In this document: in pieces, positions 59,427 to 64,000 of the stretch | Layout: each line of letters starts with the position of its first letter | Numbering within the stretch: the stretch's first letter is position 1 | Assembly: GCA_041664225.1 (NCBI GenBank) | Contig: JBAYLE010000001.1 | Coordinates: 4,939-68,938 of the forward strand | Direction: 5' to 3' | DNA: 64,000 nucleotides | Origin: Parcubacteria group bacterium | GTDB lineage: Bacteria; Patescibacteriota; Minisyncoccia; Moranbacterales; UBA2206 | Translations under genes and position numbers: made by a program | Notes under the pieces: model-generated | What the model was told of the DNA's origin: nothing | The model's database searches: none | The model's input: the letters and a program-made list of their open reading frames with translations, nothing else

Positions 59427-60650
59427 TCACAGTATGACCGTTTTCGCGCCGAGAGGAAGAGTTCCAGGAAGGAGCTTTTCCTTGTGCACAATTGATGGTT
59501 TTACCCGGACGCATTTTGGAGCTTCCAATATGCGTCCTTGGCCGGGTCTTTTGCGAAAAGTTCCGCTGCGGAAGTGGAAACACTTCTCGCCACCGCCACC
59601 TTTTCGGCTATGGCGGATCATTTCTGCCAGCTGTCTGTCTCTCCTGTCCAGATAATTGGTGAGATCGAGGACAAAAAGTTGTGAACTATGGGTAATTGCT
59701 TTTTTATTATTGATTTTGTCTCCAATGATTGACTTCCATTTTTCCGGTCTTGAGTAATGAAGTGATGGAAGAGTGTTGAGATATTGGCAGAAGCTGATTG
59801 CCAAATGTCTGGCTTTTTCAAGGATGGAATATCTCATAAATTTATCCTCGGTGTCTGTGGAACTAGCTGCCAAATCTATCCCTCGTTCAGCACCGAAGAC
59901 TTCCAAGCGTTGATGGAAATCTTTGAAACTTTCCGTAAGAGGCGTATCAACCGGAGTGCTGCTTTGATCCGATTTTTCAAAAACCGTAAAGAATGAGTCC
60001 ATATATGCTATTCCCATGGTGTTAATCTTATGAAACAATTTTTCCATATATGGATATCCACGCTTTCTGATCATCTTTGGAATCACTCCCATGTCTTCCT
60101 TGGAAAGCATCCGGTATTCATCTAACTTTTTCGAAAATGCCGAGATACTTATAAAATCATTTCCTTCCAGATCCGGAATACAATCGCTGATATTACTAAC
60201 CAGTAGAAAATCAAATTCATTTCCTTTTTCATCAGTAAGTGGCTCTCCCAATTCGATGCCGAACGAGCGCAATGGCCAGTCGATATCTTCCCAATCTGTC
60301 CCCTTGAGCGATGTCGCGCTCAGAATCGTCTGGAGGTCGGCGGGGACATGGAAGACTCTTCTGGAATGTCTGGTCCAGGCGAAGAGATCCGGAGGCAATG
60401 ATCCCAGATGCAATAATTCTGACCAAGTGCCGATCGAGCCGGAAAAACGATCTTGATCAAAAGGTCCATTGAGGCTTTGCATAAGATGGTCTCGAAACTC
60501 TGGTGCGTGAAGCAAGGGGCCCTCAATGGCGCGAGGAATCTTATTCTTGAATTGTGGAAAAGCTTCCCAATAGGTTCTGAGAATAAAACAAAAATCTTCC
60601 CAAAGCCTTAACGCTTGCTCTAGACGAAGAACATGTTTGCCTTGTGGCAT
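59427..60650 (-). CDS. 407-aa hypothetical protein (antisense cassette)
   Basis: Long ORF; AAGGA RBS; promoter at 60702-60730; hairpin AAATCCCCGC/GCGGGGATTT near 59394-59421. Confidence 0.8.
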   Translation of the reverse strand: MPQGKHVLRLEQALRLWEDFCFILRTYWEAFPQFKNKIPRAIEGPLLHAPEFRDHLMQSLNGPFDQDRFSGSIGTWSELLHLGSLPPDLFAWTRHSRRVFHVPADLQTILSATSLKGTDWEDIDWPLRSFGIELGEPLTDEKGNEFDFLLVSNISDCIPDLEGNDFISISAFSKKLDEYRMLSKEDMGVIPKMIRKRGYPYMEKLFHKINTMGIAYMDSFFTVFEKSDQSSTPVDTPLTESFKDFHQRLEVFGAERGIDLAASSTDTEDKFMRYSILEKARHLAISFCQYLNTLPSLHYSRPEKWKSIIGDKINNKKAITHSSQLFVLDLTNYLDRRDRQLAEMIRHSRKGGGGEKCFHFRSGTFRKRPGQGRILEAPKCVRVKPSIVHKEKLLPGTLPLGAKTVIL

Positions 60651-60701
60651 AAGTTATCCTTTCCTGCGGCTGTATTTTTAAAGAAAAACAACTGATGAAA
60701 G

Positions 60702-60730
60702 AGTATAACTCCAATTTGGTAATTTGTCAA
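60702..60730 (-). promoter_or_regulatory. Sigma70-type promoter
   Basis: TTGACA-N17-TATACT on minus strand. Confidence 0.75.
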
Positions 60731-60821
60731 TATCCATCAAAAATACTTGCATCTTTTGTAAGATTTTGCTAGAAATATGATAGTACAAAAAAGAATAATT
60801 TTTTGGAAAGGGGGGTGTTTT

Positions 60822-61196
60822 ATGTCAGAAGCCATCACATTCAACGCCAAAAACATTAGAGCACAGGATTTAGGTGAGTTGCTTAGCGCTTCAATGATGA
60901 TGTTGACGGGATTAGCCTGGAGAACAACTGTTGTTACGGATGAGCTGGTGGCCGAGATAGATCGCATGAGAAACTCAGTTGTACGCAAAATGAATCCGCG
61001 GATCTGGGAAAAATATCCCGGCGTCTGGTTCACCGCCAAAGTGACGACTGCCGAAGTGGATGCGCAAGAGATCATTTTTATTATGCTGGATGATGATTTG
61101 TCATCATCGGCAGCGAACAGATCTTTCTCAATGATGGAAACGATGGAACAACCCGAAGAAGATCCTTTTTATGTCAGTATCGTTTCCTTGAATTGA
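60822..61196 (+). CDS. Acidic hypothetical protein
   Basis: G-rich RBS before ATG 60822; followed by terminator CTAGCCGGG..CCCGGCTAG-T7 at 61214-61249. Confidence 0.65.
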   Translation: MSEAITFNAKNIRAQDLGELLSASMMMLTGLAWRTTVVTDELVAEIDRMRNSVVRKMNPRIWEKYPGVWFTAKVTTAEVDAQEIIFIMLDDDLSSSAANRSFSMMETMEQPEEDPFYVSIVSLN

Positions 61197-61338
61197 GGGA
61201 GTATGCTGATGAGCTAGCCGGGCTAGTTTATAACCCGGCTAGTTTTTTTATTTTCTGATTCGGGTAGAGACGGGCGATTGACAGAGTCTTTAAAATGAAT
61301 TAAAATTTATTCATAACATCAAAGATAAGCATATTTTT

Positions 61339-61617
61339 ATGTTTGATAAAAAACTCAAAGAGGCGCTGGAGCTTTTGGGCGGGAAAGCGATTTTGAATGA
61401 CGAGCAACAGTATTATGTCGTGATGACTTTAAAAGAATTTAAGAAAATGAAACAGGATGGCGTTGAGGGCTTGACAAAGCAGGAATTGGTTGATAAGATT
61501 AACAACGATATCGCCATTTGGAAAGTTTCTCAGGAGGATGAAGAAATGGCCATAAAGATGGAAGAATTGGAAGAGAGCGAGCCGGAAGAAATCCATTACG
61601 AAAAACCGGTGGCTTGA
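61339..61617 (+). CDS. Small acidic hypothetical protein upstream of tuf
   Basis: Own TTGACA-N17-TAAAAT promoter (61278-61306); YYVVMTLKEF segment. Confidence 0.7.
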   Translation: MFDKKLKEALELLGGKAILNDEQQYYVVMTLKEFKKMKQDGVEGLTKQELVDKINNDIAIWKVSQEDEEMAIKMEELEESEPEEIHYEKPVA

Positions 61618-61774
61618 CTTATCCACAGGAGTTCAGTACTTGCCAAGATTTGGAATACATAGTACAATAATTTTTGTAATATAAAGTAATTAAATAATCT
61701 ATTAAAATTCGCAAATTTGCGGGTTCGGTGTTTTTTAATTCCGACGCTAACTTGCGAAAATAAAGCAAAAAAAT

Positions 61775-62968
61775 ATGGCAGCAGAACAATTTCAAAGAAC
61801 CAAGCCGCATGTAAACGTAGGAACCATTGGACATGTTGACCATGGAAAAACTACCTTAACTGCAGCGATTCTCCATGTCCTTGCGTTTAAGGGACAAGCC
61901 AAAGAGAAGGGAATCGATGAAATCGACAAAGCCCCGGAAGAAAGAGAGCGCGGTATTACCATCGCGACCGCTCACTGTGAATACGAGTCTGACAAAAGAC
62001 ATTATGCTCACGTAGATTGTCCGGGACACGCTGATTATATCAAAAACATGATTACGGGTGCCGCTCAGATGGATGGCGCTATTCTTGTGGTAGCCGCGAC
62101 TGACGGTCCGATGCCACAGACCCGCGAACATATCCTGTTGGCAAAATATGTAAATGTACCGGAAATCGTAGTCTTTTTGAATAAGGTGGATATGGTGGAT
62201 GATCCAGAGCTGATTGATCTGGTAGAAGCGGAAGTTCGTGAACTTTTGACTAAATACGAATTTGATGGTGACAACGCGCGGATTATCCGTGGTTCAGCGC
62301 TGAAAGCTTTGGAGGCTAAATCAGTTGATGATGAAGCAGCGAAGCCAGTTTGGGAATTAATTAAAGCGTTGGATGAAAAAATCCCGGAACCGATGCGTGA
62401 AATCGACAAGCCATTTTTGATGCCGATCGAAGACATTTTTTCAATCGAAGGCCGCGGAACAGTAGTAACAGGCAGAATTGAACGCGGTCAAATTAGTGTC
62501 AATGAAGAAGTTGAAATCGTGGGTATCCGCCCGACAACCAAAACAACTGTGACCGGAATTGAAATGTTCAATAAATCTCTGGATAAAGGGATGGCTGGGG
62601 ATAATGCCGGTGTCTTGCTTCGTGGTACCAAGAAAGAAGATGTTGAAAGAGGCCAAGTTTTGGCAAAACCGGGAACAATTACTCCGCACACCGAATTTGA
62701 AGGTGAGGTTTACATTTTGACCAAAGAAGAAGGCGGAAGGCATACCCCTTTCTTTAAGGGCTACAAACCTCAATTTTATGTTCGAACTACGGATGTAACT
62801 GGTGAAGTTATTTTACCGGAAGGAACTGAAATGGTAATGCCGGGAGACACCATCAATCTTGCTGTCAAACTAATGGCTCCTGTGGCTATGGAAGAAGGAA
62901 TGAGATTTGCAATTCGCGAAGGCGGCCGCACAGTGGGTGCTGGTGTTGCAACCAAAATCATAAAATAA
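61775..62968 (+). CDS. tuf: Elongation factor Tu
   Basis: [34 protein letters not shown]. Confidence 0.99.
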   Translation: MAAEQFQRTKPHVNVGTIGHVDHGKTTLTAAILHVLAFKGQAKEKGIDEIDKAPEERERGITIATAHCEYESDKRHYAHVDCPGHADYIKNMITGAAQMDGAILVVAATDGPMPQTREHILLAKYVNVPEIVVFLNKVDMVDDPELIDLVEAEVRELLTKYEFDGDNARIIRGSALKALEAKSVDDEAAKPVWELIKALDEKIPEPMREIDKPFLMPIEDIFSIEGRGTVVTGRIERGQISVNEEVEIVGIRPTTKTTVTGIEMFNKSLDKGMAGDNAGVLLRGTKKEDVERGQVLAKPGTITPHTEFEGEVYILTKEEGGRHTPFFKGYKPQFYVRTTDVTGEVILPEGTEMVMPGDTINLAVKLMAPVAMEEGMRFAIREGGRTVGAGVATKIIK

Positions 62969-62980
62969 GTTTTCTCTTTG

Positions 62981-63021
62981 AGCCCGCTATGCTTGACAAA
63001 GCGGGCTTTATAGAGTAAATT
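62981..63021 (+). promoter_or_regulatory. Hairpin after tuf overlapping the putative S10 operon promoter
   Basis: AGCCCGCT..AGCGGGCT hairpin whose loop holds TTGACA; N17 spacer then TAAATT. Confidence 0.55.
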
Positions 63022-63060
63022 TTATAAAGTAAGTTCAAGAGGAAAACTCGTTAAAAACCA

Positions 63061-63387
63061 ATGATTAAAAAGGAAGAAGAAGCAAAATCAAGAATAAGGA
63101 TCAAGATCAAGGCGTACGACCATAAGATTATTGATCAATCGGCCAAGCAAATCGTAGATACGGCGGAAAGATCGGGAGCAGCTATCACTGGTCCAGTGCC
63201 TTTACCAACTGAAATTAGGAAGTTTACCGTCAATAAATCTACTTTTGTGCACAAAGACGCGCGCGACCAATATGAAATGAGAATGCACAAAAGATTAATC
63301 GACATATGGAATCCGACTCCGAAGACGATTGATAGTTTAACTAATCTTGATTTACCGGCCGGAGTGGATATAGAAATAAAGATGTAA
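63061..63387 (+). CDS. rpsJ: 30S ribosomal protein uS10
   Basis: [34 protein letters not shown]. Confidence 0.98.
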   Translation: MIKKEEEAKSRIRIKIKAYDHKIIDQSAKQIVDTAERSGAAITGPVPLPTEIRKFTVNKSTFVHKDARDQYEMRMHKRLIDIWNPTPKTIDSLTNLDLPAGVDIEIKM

Positions 63388-63511
63388 TTAACGAGACACT
63401 AGTTAAAGTCCTGATCCCGAGTACTCGGGAGGGATACTCAACTAGCCAGAAAAAAACACTCATAAAGAGTGGACTGGCGTGTGAGAACACCAGTTTTTTG
63501 TTTGTAAAATC

Positions 63512-64000
63512 ATGGAGAAGTTTATACTTGGTAAAAAATTAGGCATGACCACCATTTATGGTGATGAAAAAGAAGCACAGCACGTGACGCTTGTTGAATG
63601 TGGCGCGGCAGTTTCTTTGGTCCGGACTGTTGAAAAAGATGGATATGGTGCAGTGCAATTGGAAATGCAAAAGACAAAGAAACGCAAGATAGCTAAAGAA
63701 TTTAGAGTTGAAAATACAGAACTAAAAATAGGTGACAAGGTGGGTGTGGATATTTTTGTAATTGGGGATGTTGTTAGAATGAGCGGCATAACCAAGGCCA
63801 AGGGTTTCCAGGGCGGTGTGAAAAGACATGGCTTTGCCGGTTCGTGTAAAACGCATGGACACAAGCATGATTTGCGGGCACCTGGTTCTATCGGCGCGAC
63901 TACTCCGCAGCATGTGGTTAAGGGAAAGCGAATGGCTGGCAGAATGGGCGGAGTCCGGGCAACTAGTCAAAATTTGAAAGTGGTTTATTTGGATAAAGAA
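63512..64000 (+). CDS. rplC: 50S ribosomal protein uL3 (3'-truncated by window edge)
   Basis: Manual translation MEKFILGKKLGMT..DGYGAVQ..KAKGFQGGVKRHGF..RAPGSIG..KRMAGRMG. Confidence 0.96.
   Translation, partial: MEKFILGKKLGMTTIYGDEKEAQHVTLVECGAAVSLVRTVEKDGYGAVQLEMQKTKKRKIAKEFRVENTELKIGDKVGVDIFVIGDVVRMSGITKAKGFQGGVKRHGFAGSCKTHGHKHDLRAPGSIGATTPQHVVKGKRMAGRMGGVRATSQNLKVVYLDKE

Noticed and set aside
61339-61617. Phd/YefM antitoxin call
   Set aside because: Only a short resemblance (VVMTLKEF) and no adjacent toxin gene.
40590-61627. Replication origin suggested by DnaA boxes
   Set aside because: Boxes are single and kilobases apart, with no cluster and no dnaA/dnaN nearby.

Overview
AT-rich, densely coded chromosomal segment of a bacterium using the standard genetic code. 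The gene set and style (DUF11-like surface protein, split ComEC, atypical Adk, dimeric-type GlyRS, mostly Shine-Dalgarno-less or leaderless core genes) point to Patescibacteria/CPR, probably Parcubacteria; this is inference. The window carries ileS (partial), recO, tgt, a U32 protein, glyQS, pepA, metG, an F1Fo atp operon interrupted by three inserted genes and followed by a CsoSCA-like carbonic anhydrase, leuS with a Nudix insert, a glmS/yvcK cluster, rlmN, split purH, dxs, elp3 plus a Trm9-like methyltransferase, lexA-like, nrdR-nrdD-nrdG, comEC, rpmB (missed by the ORF track), the str genes and the start of the S10 operon. I saw no rRNA, tRNA, CRISPR array or transposase. Main unusual signals: (1) short DNA palindromes and 7-bp tandem repeats lying in frame inside housekeeping genes (tgt, atpA, atpD, elp3, comEC, ileS, leuS), with one palindrome also present intergenically; (2) a ~170-nt structured repeat in three copies with compensatory changes; (3) a class III ribonucleotide reductase whose glycyl-radical motif is on a separate 99-aa zinc-finger protein; (4) a head-to-head overlapping Elp3/Trm9-like pair resembling the eukaryotic/archaeal mcm5U pathway; (5) self-contained antisense cassettes (promoter, RBS, ORF, terminator) inside the atp and str gene clusters. 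All product calls come from motif recognition by eye; no database searches were run.
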